A stretch of 64,000 nucleotides of DNA, taken from NCBI GenBank assembly GCA_046292385.1, contig JBKBRF010000022.1:32001-96000 (forward strand), given 5' to 3'. This document shows positions 47,976 through 57,870 of this stretch, piece by piece. The notes below the pieces were generated by a model. That model saw only the letters and a list, made by a program, of their open reading frames with translations, searched no databases and was not told where the DNA came from. How positions within the stretch are numbered: position 1 is the stretch's first letter; each line of letters opens with the position of its first letter. Made by a program: the position numbers and the translations under genes. The stretch is from Armatimonadota bacterium. Its GTDB lineage: Bacteria > Armatimonadota > SYMT01.

Positions 47976-48551
47976 CTAGTGCCGGATGAACTCCGCGCGC
48001 CGGGCCCACTCGCTTTCCGGAGCCTCGTCCAGAAGCCGGTTCCAGCCGTCCAGCAGCCGCTGCGAGTCGTTGCTCGACTTGTAATCCGCTACGGAAGCCC
48101 AGTAGCGCGCTTCCGGATGACGCGTCGGGTCGCCCTCCGTGATCCGGAGCGCCTCCTGCGCCAGCTCCCGGGCGCGATCGAACTGCTGCTCGTCGATCGC
48201 CGCCTTCAGCCGCGCCAGCGCCATCTCACCCAGGAACCGCTCGGGATCCAGATAGCCCTGGCTCCGCCTGTGCTCCACCCCCTTAGCGTCGAGCACGATC
48301 AGGGTGGGAGTCCACGGGGTGTGGAACCGCTCCATCACCTCCGGTCGCTCCGCCACGTTGAACTGCACCGGCACGAAGTGCTCGGCGATATACCGCTCCA
48401 CCTCCGGGTTCGGGTACGTCACGGCACCCATCGTCTTGCAGCCGCCTCAGCCGGGGTTGAAGAGGTCGACCAGGACCAGCTTCCCCTGTCGCTGCGCTTC
48501 TTGTGTCGCCTCCTCCAGGGAGTGGCGCCAGTTGATGTTCTCACCAGCCAT
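47976..48551 (-). CDS. Thioredoxin-family protein with in-frame UGA (UxxC; probable selenoprotein) and TPR-like tail
   Basis: GGAGG RBS; MAGENINWRHSLEEA...KLVLVDLFNPG-TGA(48449-47)-GGCKTMGAVTYPNPEV...WTPTLIVLD. Confidence 0.85.
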
Positions 48552-48778
48552 TCTGCACCTCCGGAGCCGGGAGTCCGATGACCCGGCCCTCGAAGGGAGA
48601 CTACCCGCCGGGAGCCCGCCGCACACGGAGAGATGCAGACCGAACCCCTTCAGGCGATGGGGAGAGGTGGGAACGGCGATGAGCGGGATGTCCCTGAGGG
48701 CGAGGAACGAGGCGGAACACGGCGGACGGCACCCTCCGGAAGTGGAAGAGCCGCCCTCCTGCCTCGAGCTTCTGGCCG

Positions 48779-49351
48779 TCAGCGGCGCCGCTGCGGGGCG
48801 GACCGCCAGCGCTTCCAGACATTGGGCACCTGGATCCCGCCGAGGCTCCGCTGGAGCTCGCTGAGGTCAATCCGCAGCTGCTCGATCTCGCCGCCGAGGC
48901 CCTGGAAGCTCCGCTGCAGCCCGGTGATCTGGGACCGGAGCTCCGCAATCTGCGCGGAGACCCGGCGCAGCTCGGCGGTGTCGGCCGGAGGTCCCGGAGG
49001 GCCCGCGGGTCCCGGCGGTCCCACGGGACCTTGCGGCCCCTGCGGCCCCTGCGGTCCCCGTTCCCCCTGCGGTCCCACTAGCCCGCGTCCCGCGTGCTGG
49101 AGCCCCCGCTCGATCTCCGCCTGGACACGCTGAAACGCGATCGCGGCTTCGTAACGAGTAATCGCACGGCGGCCCTGGAAAGTTTCGTCGGGATAGCCGG
49201 TGAAGACACCCTTCTCCGCAAGCTGGTTCACCGCGTCGAACGCCCAATGGCGGGGTGGCACGTCGCGGAAGGCGCCTTGCTGCGCGGACGCGGGCAAGGC
49301 GGTCGCCAGCGTCAGGCCGGTCAGCAGTGCGAGTACGTGGAGCTTTCTCAC
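48779..49351 (-). CDS. S-layer homology (SLH) protein with collagen-like G-X-Y repeat and coiled coil
   Basis: Signal peptide; [14 protein letters not shown]...GYPD..F.G...ITRYE; 10 GXY triplets. Confidence 0.85.
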   Translation of the reverse strand: MRKLHVLALLTGLTLATALPASAQQGAFRDVPPRHWAFDAVNQLAEKGVFTGYPDETFQGRRAITRYEAAIAFQRVQAEIERGLQHAGRGLVGPQGERGPQGPQGPQGPVGPPGPAGPPGPPADTAELRRVSAQIAELRSQITGLQRSFQGLGGEIEQLRIDLSELQRSLGGIQVPNVWKRWRSAPQRRR

Positions 49352-49760
49352 CGTAACACCCCTCCCGCGCTCCCACGGGTGGAGCGCTCGCCTCGGGGAT
49401 TGTACCGGCTCCCGCGGGGAACGGCAAACCCGCGCCAGGCGGCGCACAACCGGCCTGGCCGAGCTCGCTCGCGAAAACGAGGTTCTGGGAGACCGTTGGT
49501 AAGATCGGGAAGCTGCTCCGGTGCCCCGCTGACGCGGGGCGCGAAAGCAAGCATTCGCACTCCAGATGCCGGCTCGAGCTGGATTCCCTCTCGGCGAGAG
49601 GGAGACTTCACCGCAAGCGGAATCTCGCCGGCAACATCCTCGCGCGGAGTTCTACCCTCCCGCAGGACGGGGCCCCCGAGTACCACCCCCAAACGGCCGC
49701 GAGGGCCCCCGCCCGTGTGGACGGAGGCCCTCGCCAGATCGGAGGCCGCGGAAGCGGCGA

Positions 49761-50354
49761 CTACTCCTTGACCTGGACCGACTTGATCACCACCGGCTCC
49801 AGCGGCACGTTCTGGTGCGGACCGCGGTTGCCGGTGCGGACGTTGACGATCTTGTCGACCACGTCCATCCCCTTGGTCACCTTGCCGAAGACCGCGTAGC
49901 CGTAGCCCTGGGCGCTCTCGTCCCGGTGGTTCAGGAAGTCGTTGTCCTTCACGTTGATGAAGAACTGCGACGTGGCGCTGTCGATCACCTGGGTGCGCGC
50001 CATCGCCAGGGTGCCGCGCTCGTTCTTCAGCCCGTTCCCCGCCTCGTTCTTGATCGGCGCGCGGGTCTTCTTCTGGTCCATGTCCGGCGTGAACCCGCCG
50101 CCCTGGATCATGAAGTCCGGGATCACCCGGTGGAAGATGGTGCCGTTGTAGTGGCCGTCCTTCATGTACTGCAGGAAGTTCTTGGCCGACTCCGGCGCCT
50201 TGTCCTGGAAGAGCTCGATCTGAATCTCGCCCAGGCTGGTCTCCATCACCACCAGGGGGTTCTTCTTCTTCGCTTCCCCCGCCTCGCTGTCGCCCGCCAG
50301 CACGGCGGCGGCGAGCACAGCGCAGGCGAGGATCCCCAACTGCAGAATCGACAC
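49761..50354 (-). CDS. Exported cyclophilin-type peptidyl-prolyl isomerase
   Basis: [33 protein letters not shown]. Confidence 0.95.
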   Translation of the reverse strand: MSILQLGILACAVLAAAVLAGDSEAGEAKKKNPLVVMETSLGEIQIELFQDKAPESAKNFLQYMKDGHYNGTIFHRVIPDFMIQGGGFTPDMDQKKTRAPIKNEAGNGLKNERGTLAMARTQVIDSATSQFFINVKDNDFLNHRDESAQGYGYAVFGKVTKGMDVVDKIVNVRTGNRGPHQNVPLEPVVIKSVQVKE

Positions 50355-50404
50355 GGACTACTCCTTTCAGAGCCTCCGGGCCCGCGGGTCGCGGGCTCGA
50401 CAGG

Positions 50405-51154
50405 TTACTTCGAGATCTCGACGTCCTGGATCAGGATCGGCTTGGTGGGAACGTCGCCGGGAGTCGTCTCCACGGCGGCGATCTTGTCTACCACGTCCAT
50501 CCCTTTGGTTACCCGGCCGAAGACCGCGTAACCGAAGTCCCGAACGCCGTGATCCAGAAAGTCGTTGTGCTTCAGGTTGATGAAGAACTGGGAGGTGGCG
50601 CTGTCGACCTCGCCGGTGCGGGCCATTGCCAGGGTGCCGCGCTCGTTCTTGAGACCGTTATCCGCCTCGTTCTTGATCGGAGCGTGGGTCTCTTTCTCCG
50701 TCATGTCCGGAGTCATGCCGCCGCCCTGGATCATGAAGTTGGAGATCACGCGATGGAAGATCGTGCCCTTGTAGTGGTCCTCGTTCGCGTAGCGGACGAA
50801 GTTCTCTACGGTGATCGGCGCCTTGTCCGGGTAGAGCTCGATCTCGATCGGCCCCATCGAGGTCTTGATCACGCCCTTGATCGTCTTACCCGGCGCGGCG
50901 GTCGCCGCAGGCTCCGCGGTGCCCGCAGGGGCGTTCCCCTCCGCCGGCGCGTTCCCGGCGTCGCCGTGCCCCTCGCCCGGCGCGTGGCCGTGACCGTCGT
51001 CCGCGCTGTGGCCGTGACCGTCGTCCGCACTGTGACCGCCGGCATTCGCGGCCACGGTACCGCCCGCAGGCGGCTCCTCCGCCGGCTCGCAGCCCGCGAG
51101 CACCAGCCCCAACGCCAGGCACGCAGCTCCAACTCCCAAAGAGATCAGCTTCAT
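50405..51154 (-). CDS. Cyclophilin-type PPIase lipoprotein with His-rich linker
   Basis: Lipobox [12 protein letters not shown] x2; [14 protein letters not shown]. Confidence 0.93.
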   Translation of the reverse strand: MKLISLGVGAACLALGLVLAGCEPAEEPPAGGTVAANAGGHSADDGHGHSADDGHGHAPGEGHGDAGNAPAEGNAPAGTAEPAATAAPGKTIKGVIKTSMGPIEIELYPDKAPITVENFVRYANEDHYKGTIFHRVISNFMIQGGGMTPDMTEKETHAPIKNEADNGLKNERGTLAMARTGEVDSATSQFFINLKHNDFLDHGVRDFGYAVFGRVTKGMDVVDKIAAVETTPGDVPTKPILIQDVEISK

Positions 51155-51236
51155 TCGATTTCAAGTCCTTAGACGGAAGAAGAAAGATGAAAGAACAGGG
51201 AGAGAGTTGAGACCGAACATCCGAAGGTTCGGATTT

Positions 51237-51272
51237 CATCCCTCATCCCTCATCCCTCATCGCTCATCCCTC
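51237..51272. repeat. Short (TCATCCC)n array
   Basis: About 5 units. Confidence 0.8.
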
Positions 51273-52061
51273 AGAGGGGTTCTCACGATTGACCGGCACC
51301 GCCGCGCGGGGGAGCCAGTAGCCGCCGTCCACGCGGAGCACGGCGCCGGTGATGTAGTCGGCCGCGTCGGAGCAGAGGAAGGCGATCGTTTGCCCCAGCT
51401 CTTCGATCGTTCCCATGCGCCCCCACGGCAGCTTCGCGGCTTCCCGCTGCAGCTCATCCTCACTCAGGAACTGGCGCTCGCCCGGGGTGTCGGTCCACCC
51501 CGGCTGCACCACGTTCACGTTGATCCGGTGCGGGAGCAGCTCGGTCGCCATGGTGTGCGCCATCTGCTCCAGCCCCGCCTTCGCCGTATTGTACGGCAGC
51601 GAGTTCGGCAGCGGGATGAACGCCAGCACGGAGCTGACCATCACGATCTTTCCGCCGCGCCCCTGCGCCGCCATCTGCCGCGCCGCCTGGCGGCTGCAGT
51701 AGAACGGCGCCATCAGGCTGACCGCCCACGTCTCCCACAGGTCCTGCGGCTCCAGCTCCAGAAACGGCTTACGGATGCTGCGGTAGGCGTTGTTCACCAG
51801 GATGTCGATCCCGCCGAACCGCTCCACCGTCGCCGCGAGCATCCGGTCGACCGCGGCGTGCTCCGCCACGTCGGCCTGGAACGTCATCGCGTCCCCGCCG
51901 GCAGCCCGGCACTCCTCCGCCACCGCGTCCGCTTCCTCGCCGTGGCTGCGGTAGTTGATCACCACCCGCGCTCCGCAGCGCGCCAGCTCCACCGCGCACC
52001 CGCGCCCGATGCCGCGGGAGGCGCCGGTCACCACCGCCACTTGTCCGTCCAGGTCGACCAT
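51264..52061 (-). CDS. Short-chain dehydrogenase/reductase
   Basis: TGASRGIG, LVNNA, YNTAK, VDGG. Confidence 0.93.
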   Translation of the reverse strand: MVDLDGQVAVVTGASRGIGRGCAVELARCGARVVINYRSHGEEADAVAEECRAAGGDAMTFQADVAEHAAVDRMLAATVERFGGIDILVNNAYRSIRKPFLELEPQDLWETWAVSLMAPFYCSRQAARQMAAQGRGGKIVMVSSVLAFIPLPNSLPYNTAKAGLEQMAHTMATELLPHRINVNVVQPGWTDTPGERQFLSEDELQREAAKLPWGRMGTIEELGQTIAFLCSDAADYITGAVLRVDGGYWLPRAAVPVNRENPSEG

Positions 52062-52264
52062 TCCACCTCATCCCGCGCCCCGGCAATCCGCCAGGGCGAG
52101 TTTACCCGAACGGCCGCACCACTGTCCTAGACCTGTCGAACTCGACCAAGCACCTGGATTCACAGCGCTAAAACAGGGCACCGAAATCGCAATAAAATCG
52201 CAATACTCGAGAACAGGACGACCGAAGAGAGGGGAGAAAACTATCAATTTCAGAGGAGAGTTCA

Positions 52265-52801
52265 ATGAAGCGCAGTTTTCTAGGTAGTTGTTTTGCGCTC
52301 TGTGCGTCGTTGTGTGGCAGTGTCTTGGCGACCACCTACTCCCTCTCCGGCCAGATCCACAGCGGAGAGTGCAGCGTCCACTTCCCCAATCACGATGTTT
52401 CATTCTACACATACGGAAGCCTAGAGGCTGGCCATACCACTGGGCCGCACTGGCCACCCGATAGCTCTTGTCATCGCGTGTACAGCACTGCTGGCTTCGG
52501 GAACGATCCCGCTCAGATGACGATCCACGCAACGAACCTCGATCCAAACTGCACGTTTTTCGGTATGCCGGTCTACGGCCGCGCTCTAGTCGAGGGGGAT
52601 GGTTGTGCAACCGTTGCCGGCCCGAATGGGGTCGTCCTAATCCCGGAGACTAGCGTCGCTCTTGATGATCAGGCCACTCCTAAGACCCTTCATGGAGGCG
52701 CTAACTTCACGGTCCAAAACATCTCCAACTGCGACTTCGTAATGCAGTGGGATTCCACGGGGGATGTTGGGGGACCCTGGACACGGATAAAGCCGCTCTA
52801 A
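52265..52801 (+). CDS. Secreted hypothetical protein (lower GC)
   Basis: GAGGAG RBS; signal peptide; beta-rich, 5 Cys in the mature part. Confidence 0.65.
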   Translation: MKRSFLGSCFALCASLCGSVLATTYSLSGQIHSGECSVHFPNHDVSFYTYGSLEAGHTTGPHWPPDSSCHRVYSTAGFGNDPAQMTIHATNLDPNCTFFGMPVYGRALVEGDGCATVAGPNGVVLIPETSVALDDQATPKTLHGGANFTVQNISNCDFVMQWDSTGDVGGPWTRIKPL

Positions 52802-52825
52802 CTCATCCGCCAATCGAAGGGAGGC

Positions 52826-54028
52826 ATGGTTGCCATGAATGGTCAGCCGAAGCTGTTCTTCATAGCGGCGATCTGCGTAATCTGCGGTAGCCCAATGCCG
52901 GGAGCAGCGCCGCCAGCACCGTCGAGTTTGGAGAGCGATCCCCTCCTTCAACGGAACACTGCTGTCACTCCGAAGGTTCATCGCCTCTCGCAGGTGCTGG
53001 AGCGAATCGAGTCGGCGACGGGTCGGGTGGTTCGCAAATCGAAGTTTGTTCCCGACCGGGAGCTCTTTGCCGGGATGAAGCCACAGGAGGCCCGGCACAT
53101 GATGGAGGCTCTACCGCCGGTCCTATCCGTTGATGGCTACCGTTACGACTGGCGAGCCTTTCGGCGCGGAGAGGCGTTCGGTTACCTGCTGGTCAGGCAT
53201 CCGGCGGATCGACGGCGCGCCGCGTCCGAGGTACGGCGGCGACTCGGTACGGCTCTCGCCAGCGCGCCGAAGTACACACCGGTGTCCGGAACGCCCCGTA
53301 ACGCGAATTCGGCGGTGCCGGCGCGATACGCGCTGCTCCGGGGGCTCCCTGCCCGCACGCTCGATCAAGCGGTAGGCCAGGCCCTCGCACAGGGACAGTC
53401 CGTGCTGCCGCTCTCGATGTTCGACCGGCGCACGCTGGTGGATGCCACCGGCCGGGTCACCGCCACAAGCGGGGACCGCACGTCGGGTGGAGAGACGGTC
53501 ACCTTCTCCTGGCGCGATATCGAGCGGGGGGAGGGATACGTGGTGCTGCGGCCGGAGACCACTCGCGCTGGAGAGACCGGTCTGCGCCTCTTCATCGGCA
53601 CGGGTGCTGCTCCCGCAGCCGGCCAGCCGATCACGGGTCCGACCTCCGAACTGATATATGGTACGGAGAACGAGGATCTCATGGACAGTCTCCGGACCAC
53701 CAGGAAACCCGGAGATGCGGGACGTGCGCTGCGACCCGAGCCTCCTGTGGATCGGGTGACCGTTCGCGCGCAGCAGGAACTGCAAGACGGGGAAACCGCA
53801 CTCGCCAATGTCCTCCGGCAGCTCGCAGACGAAAGCCGCCGTCCCGTAGTGGCTGCCGTCACTCCCAAGAGCGAAGATGTTGATTTGCGCCTCTCCGCTG
53901 ACATCGTCAGCCAGCCGGTCGCAGACGCACAGAGGACCATCAGTGCGCGCTACCGGTTAGGGATCATTCCCGCGGAGAGAGCCCTGCTGTTCCGCAAAAG
54001 ACCACCTCCAGTAGCGCGCCCTCGCTGA
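52826..54028 (+). CDS. Secreted hypothetical protein (possible STN/secretin-N-like domains)
   Basis: GGAGG RBS; signal peptide; 'LSQVLERIESATG' and 'LANVLRQLADES' repeats. Confidence 0.55.
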   Translation: MVAMNGQPKLFFIAAICVICGSPMPGAAPPAPSSLESDPLLQRNTAVTPKVHRLSQVLERIESATGRVVRKSKFVPDRELFAGMKPQEARHMMEALPPVLSVDGYRYDWRAFRRGEAFGYLLVRHPADRRRAASEVRRRLGTALASAPKYTPVSGTPRNANSAVPARYALLRGLPARTLDQAVGQALAQGQSVLPLSMFDRRTLVDATGRVTATSGDRTSGGETVTFSWRDIERGEGYVVLRPETTRAGETGLRLFIGTGAAPAAGQPITGPTSELIYGTENEDLMDSLRTTRKPGDAGRALRPEPPVDRVTVRAQQELQDGETALANVLRQLADESRRPVVAAVTPKSEDVDLRLSADIVSQPVADAQRTISARYRLGIIPAERALLFRKRPPPVARPR

Positions 54029-54089
54029 TGATCGGTGACCGCTCAGGGATCGCCCCAAGCTCTGCTGTCAGTACGACCCGAGCTTGGGG

Positions 54090-55061
54090 TCAGCCCTTCA
54101 CTGCGTGGATATACTGCGCCAGCGTCTCCGGCATGATGTTGCCGCCGCTCAGCAGGACGATCGTCTTGCCGCGCGTCCGCACTTTCCCGGTGAGCAGCGC
54201 CGCCACGCCGACGGCGCCGCCTGCTTCGGTCACCAGCTTGGCGTGCTCCACGAGCCAGCGGATCGCCCCCTTCACTTCCTCATCCGTCACGAGCACCATC
54301 TCGTCCACGTAGCGCTGGATATGCGCCAGCGGGAGCGCCCCGGGCGCGGCGGCGATCAGGGCATCGCAGATGGTGTTGAGCTCCGGGAGGCGGTAGACCT
54401 CTCCCCGGCGGAACGACTCGTAGACCGCCGCGGAGCCGGTCGGCTGGACGCCGATCACCCGCGCGGAGGGGCGCAGCTCCTTCACGGCGGTCGCCAAGCC
54501 GGCGATCAGGCCGCCGCTGCTCACCGGCACCAGCACCGTCTCCACGTCGTCCAGCGCTTCCACCATCTCCAGGCCGATCGTTCCGTGACCCCGGATCACG
54601 TCCCGGTTCTCGAAGGTGTTGATCGCGCGGATGCCCCGCTCCGGCTCCAGCGCAAAGAGGGTGCGCCAGCGGGCGTCGTAGTCGTTCTCGCAGAGGATCA
54701 CCTCCGCCCCGTAGCGGCGAGTTTTCGCGATCTTCAACGGCGAAGTGCTCTCCTGCATCACTACGGCGGTGGGAATGCCGAGGAGCCGGCCCATGTAGGC
54801 CCAGGCGCTCGCGAAGTTGCCCGACGAGGAGATCGCCGCGCCTTTCGCCTGCTGCTCCGGCGGCAGGCTGCGGAGCATGGTGTACGCCGCCCGCGCCTTG
54901 TAGCTGCCGGTCACCTGCAGGTTCTCCGTCTTCAGCCAGACCGGCGCCCCGGCGATCTCCCCCAGCTCTTCCGAGCGCAGCAGCGGCGTGTTCACGATCT
55001 CCGGCGGCAGCGCGGCGCGCGCGGCCCGGATCTCCTCCAACGGCACCAGTCTCTCGTCCAC
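54090..55061 (-). CDS. PLP-dependent threonine/serine dehydratase family protein
   Basis: LKTENLQVTGSYKAR, SSGN, GHGTIGLE, VPVSSGGL, LSGGN. Confidence 0.92.
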   Translation of the reverse strand: MDERLVPLEEIRAARAALPPEIVNTPLLRSEELGEIAGAPVWLKTENLQVTGSYKARAAYTMLRSLPPEQQAKGAAISSSGNFASAWAYMGRLLGIPTAVVMQESTSPLKIAKTRRYGAEVILCENDYDARWRTLFALEPERGIRAINTFENRDVIRGHGTIGLEMVEALDDVETVLVPVSSGGLIAGLATAVKELRPSARVIGVQPTGSAAVYESFRRGEVYRLPELNTICDALIAAAPGALPLAHIQRYVDEMVLVTDEEVKGAIRWLVEHAKLVTEAGGAVGVAALLTGKVRTRGKTIVLLSGGNIMPETLAQYIHAVKG

Positions 55062-55205
55062 CTCGGCTCCTCCCAGCGGCCGAGGTCGATCACCCCGGCG
55101 CTTCCCCGTTCCCCGTTTAGCGCGTCCGCACCTGTCGGATAACCCCTGTAAAGGCGCGGCACGAAGCCGTCCCTGGAAACCACGGTCCAGGAGAGGGAGA
55201 AAAGG

Positions 55206-55754
55206 ATGAACACCCGGCTGAGTAGACTCGGGCTCTATTGTGGGGCGGTAGCCCTGGTGCTGGCACTGCTGCCGTGGCGCCCGGGGATCGTGCTGGGAGA
55301 GAGCATGAGCCCCACGATCCGGAACGGGTCGGTCTACGTGATGGACTGCAGCCCCGCCGCGAAGCAGTCCCTTCAGCGCGGCGACGTGGTCGTGTTCCGT
55401 GAAGCCGGGGAGACCTACATCAAGCGCATCGCGGCGGTCGGCGGCGACACGATCTACCTGCTCCGATCCCGGGACGAGAGCTTCAACTACGACGTGGTGA
55501 TGGACTGGCAGCTCCCCGCCGCCCGGCGGGCTTTCGGCCGGGGGGCGCGGCGACCCGTGGTGCTGGTGGCACGAACGCTGCCGCCCGGAATGGTCTTCGT
55601 CCTGGGCGACAACCTGGCAAACTCGCTCGACAGCCGCTGCCTCGGACCGATCGCGGTCCGGCAGATCGTCGGCAAGATGGTGGGAGCCCCCGCGGCCACG
55701 GAGGAGCTGCGGCACGTGGCGGTACACTCCGGGCCGCTGCCGGATCGGGTGTAG
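55206..55754 (+). CDS. Signal peptidase I (S26), paralog 1
   Basis: GESMSPT, YIKRI, VLGDN..NSLDSR. Confidence 0.9.
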   Translation: MNTRLSRLGLYCGAVALVLALLPWRPGIVLGESMSPTIRNGSVYVMDCSPAAKQSLQRGDVVVFREAGETYIKRIAAVGGDTIYLLRSRDESFNYDVVMDWQLPAARRAFGRGARRPVVLVARTLPPGMVFVLGDNLANSLDSRCLGPIAVRQIVGKMVGAPAATEELRHVAVHSGPLPDRV

Positions 55755-55854
55755 CAGTCTTCCGGTCGCCACAGCAAAATCGCAACGTATTCGCCCAACC
55801 AGCTTTCACCCTCCCGGGAGGCGCCGTGCGTCTATGCGACCAGGAGGTTGCGAG

Positions 55855-56475
55855 ATGCTCGGGAGGGTGTGCCGGCGGGCAGGGTTCGGAACGGCGGTGC
55901 CGGTAGGCTTGCCGGTGGTCGGCAAGGGCGCTCCGCGGCGGCGGCTTACCCTGCTCGCGCTCCTGGCGCTGCTCTTCGTGTACCACCTCGTCTCTCCGGT
56001 AAAGGTAGGGGTGGTGGTGGGCGAAAGCATGCTTCCCTCGCTTCAGAACGGCGGCGTCTACCTGCTCGACCGTACCGCGTACCGCCACCACGGCGTGGTG
56101 CCGGGCGACGTGGTGGTGCTCAACCGGGGCGGTCAGCGCTACGTCAAGCGCGTCATCGCCGTGGGCGGCGAGGTGGTGCACCTGATGAAGCACCGCGGCA
56201 GCGAAGAGTACGACCTCATCCCCGCCAAGCGACTGGAGACGGCGCGGCGGGTAGCCAGTCACCCGCGGTGGAGCGGCACCATGAAGCTCGTACGCTGGGT
56301 TCTGCCGCCGGACACCTGCTTCGTGCTGGGCGACAACTTCATGGACTCGATCGACAGCCGGCACTTCGGCCCCATCACCATCGACCAGATCGAGGGCCGG
56401 GTCGTGGGCGCGGCGGAGCGCCAGCCGGAGCGCGAGTGGGTCCGCGCCGAGCCGGTCGGGCCGGCGAGCTCCTGA
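55855..56475 (+). CDS. Signal peptidase I (S26), paralog 2
   Basis: GESMLPSL, YVKRV, VLGDNFMDSIDSRHFGP; AGGAGG RBS. Confidence 0.9.
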   Translation: MLGRVCRRAGFGTAVPVGLPVVGKGAPRRRLTLLALLALLFVYHLVSPVKVGVVVGESMLPSLQNGGVYLLDRTAYRHHGVVPGDVVVLNRGGQRYVKRVIAVGGEVVHLMKHRGSEEYDLIPAKRLETARRVASHPRWSGTMKLVRWVLPPDTCFVLGDNFMDSIDSRHFGPITIDQIEGRVVGAAERQPEREWVRAEPVGPASS

Positions 56476-56480
56476 CGCGC

Positions 56481-57479
56481 CTACTCCGTCTCGAGCGCCC
56501 GGATCTCCTTCTCCACCTCGGAGAGCTGACTGCGGAAGCCGTGCATCTGCGAGCTCATCCGGGTGAGCCGCTCGTCCGCGGGAGCCCGTGAGGCGGCGGA
56601 GGCGGCGGTCATCGACCAGATCACCCCGGCCGCACCGACGGCGAGGGTCGGCAGCAGCGTGACGGGGGCGACGGCGCCGAGTGCCAGGTGGATCGCGCTG
56701 GAGGTGCCCGCCGCCAGCACCAGCGCCGCCCCGCTCTGTGGGCTGCGCACCCAGGAGACCGGCGCGCTGTCCAGGTTCTGACGCCGCACCTGCAGCAGCC
56801 CCTCGAGCTGGCGGGTCTGGCGCTCCAGGGCGGCCCGCTGCATCCGCCGGTCCCGCAGCAGCCGCGCCCGCGCCCGCCACAGCACCAGCAGCACCGCATA
56901 GAACGGCTGATGCTCCGCGCCGGGCCGCACCGCCAGCGTGCCGAAGGTCCCCAACGTCACGTAGAGCGGCACCGATTCGCCCTGGCTCGGCAGCGGCAGC
57001 GGCACCGACTCCGTAGCCACCGCCAGCGCGCGGCAGCCTGCCGTCTGCTGCAGCAGCGCCTCCAGGGTCGGGTGCAGGCGCGACTGGTCCGAAACCGGCG
57101 CCAGCTCCGGTGCGGGAACGCCGGGACAGTCCCACGCCTCCAGCGCTGCCTTCAGCAGGCGCTCGCGAGTCTCGCGCCCGGCCGCGTCCCACGCCTGCCG
57201 GAGGTAACACGCCAGGATGGCGCGCTCCCGCTGGGCCAGCGCGCCGCCGCCGGGCACCAGCGGGGCCATGCCAAGCTTGCGTCCCAGCTGGTCCAGCAGC
57301 GCGTCGTGAGTGGTGATCGGGAAGATGCCCCAGAGGTAGGTGCCGGTCGCCTTTCCGAGGGCGCGGACCACCTCCTCGGGCGCGGCACCCGGCCGCGCGC
57401 CGCAGGCGGTCGTCACCTGGCGCATCTCCGTCGCCGTAAGCTGGCGCAGCACGCGCAGCATGTCGTTCGGCTGGCTCAT
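56481..57479 (-). CDS. Hypothetical protein, N-terminus YaaW/UPF0174-like, C-terminal TM hairpin and coiled coil
   Basis: 'ALLDQLGRKLG...ERAILACYLRQAWD...RERLL' pattern. Confidence 0.55.
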   Translation of the reverse strand: MSQPNDMLRVLRQLTATEMRQVTTACGARPGAAPEEVVRALGKATGTYLWGIFPITTHDALLDQLGRKLGMAPLVPGGGALAQRERAILACYLRQAWDAAGRETRERLLKAALEAWDCPGVPAPELAPVSDQSRLHPTLEALLQQTAGCRALAVATESVPLPLPSQGESVPLYVTLGTFGTLAVRPGAEHQPFYAVLLVLWRARARLLRDRRMQRAALERQTRQLEGLLQVRRQNLDSAPVSWVRSPQSGAALVLAAGTSSAIHLALGAVAPVTLLPTLAVGAAGVIWSMTAASAASRAPADERLTRMSSQMHGFRSQLSEVEKEIRALETE

Positions 57480-57670
57480 CCCGCTCGTCCCCCGGCCCAC
57501 ACCCGACTCACCTCATTATGAACGTAGATGACGCGTCCACGGTTCGCGCCGGTTCCGCCACTCGAACCGGACTCACCACGGAGAGCGCTGAGGATGCGGA
57601 GAGGAACCTAAAGGCAGAGAGAACAGGTCTGCGCACCAAGCACCGTTCGCCGCCAGAGCGCGTTCGAGCT

Positions 57671-57803
57671 TCATCCCTCATCCCTCATCGTTCATCCCTC
57701 ATCCCTCATCGTTCATCCCTCATCGTTCATCCCTCATCGTTCATCCTTTATCGTTCATCCTTTATCGTTCATCCTTTATCGTTCATCCCTCATCGTTCAT
57801 CCC
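57671..57803. repeat. Heptamer array TCATC(CC/GT/CT), 19 units with higher-order periodicity
   Basis: Direct count; alternates TCATCCC, TCATCGT, TCATCCT, TTATCGT. Confidence 0.95.
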
Positions 57804-57870
57804 TCCGAGGACGGATTGCCGATCGCGCCGAACCGCTTCCGAGGGAGCGCCCGTCCGCCGGGCGGAAAGG

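Noticed and set aside
49400..49560. c-di-GMP-I riboswitch (GGCAAACC motif)
   Set aside because: Wrong strand for the downstream SLH gene and the second conserved stem is not found.
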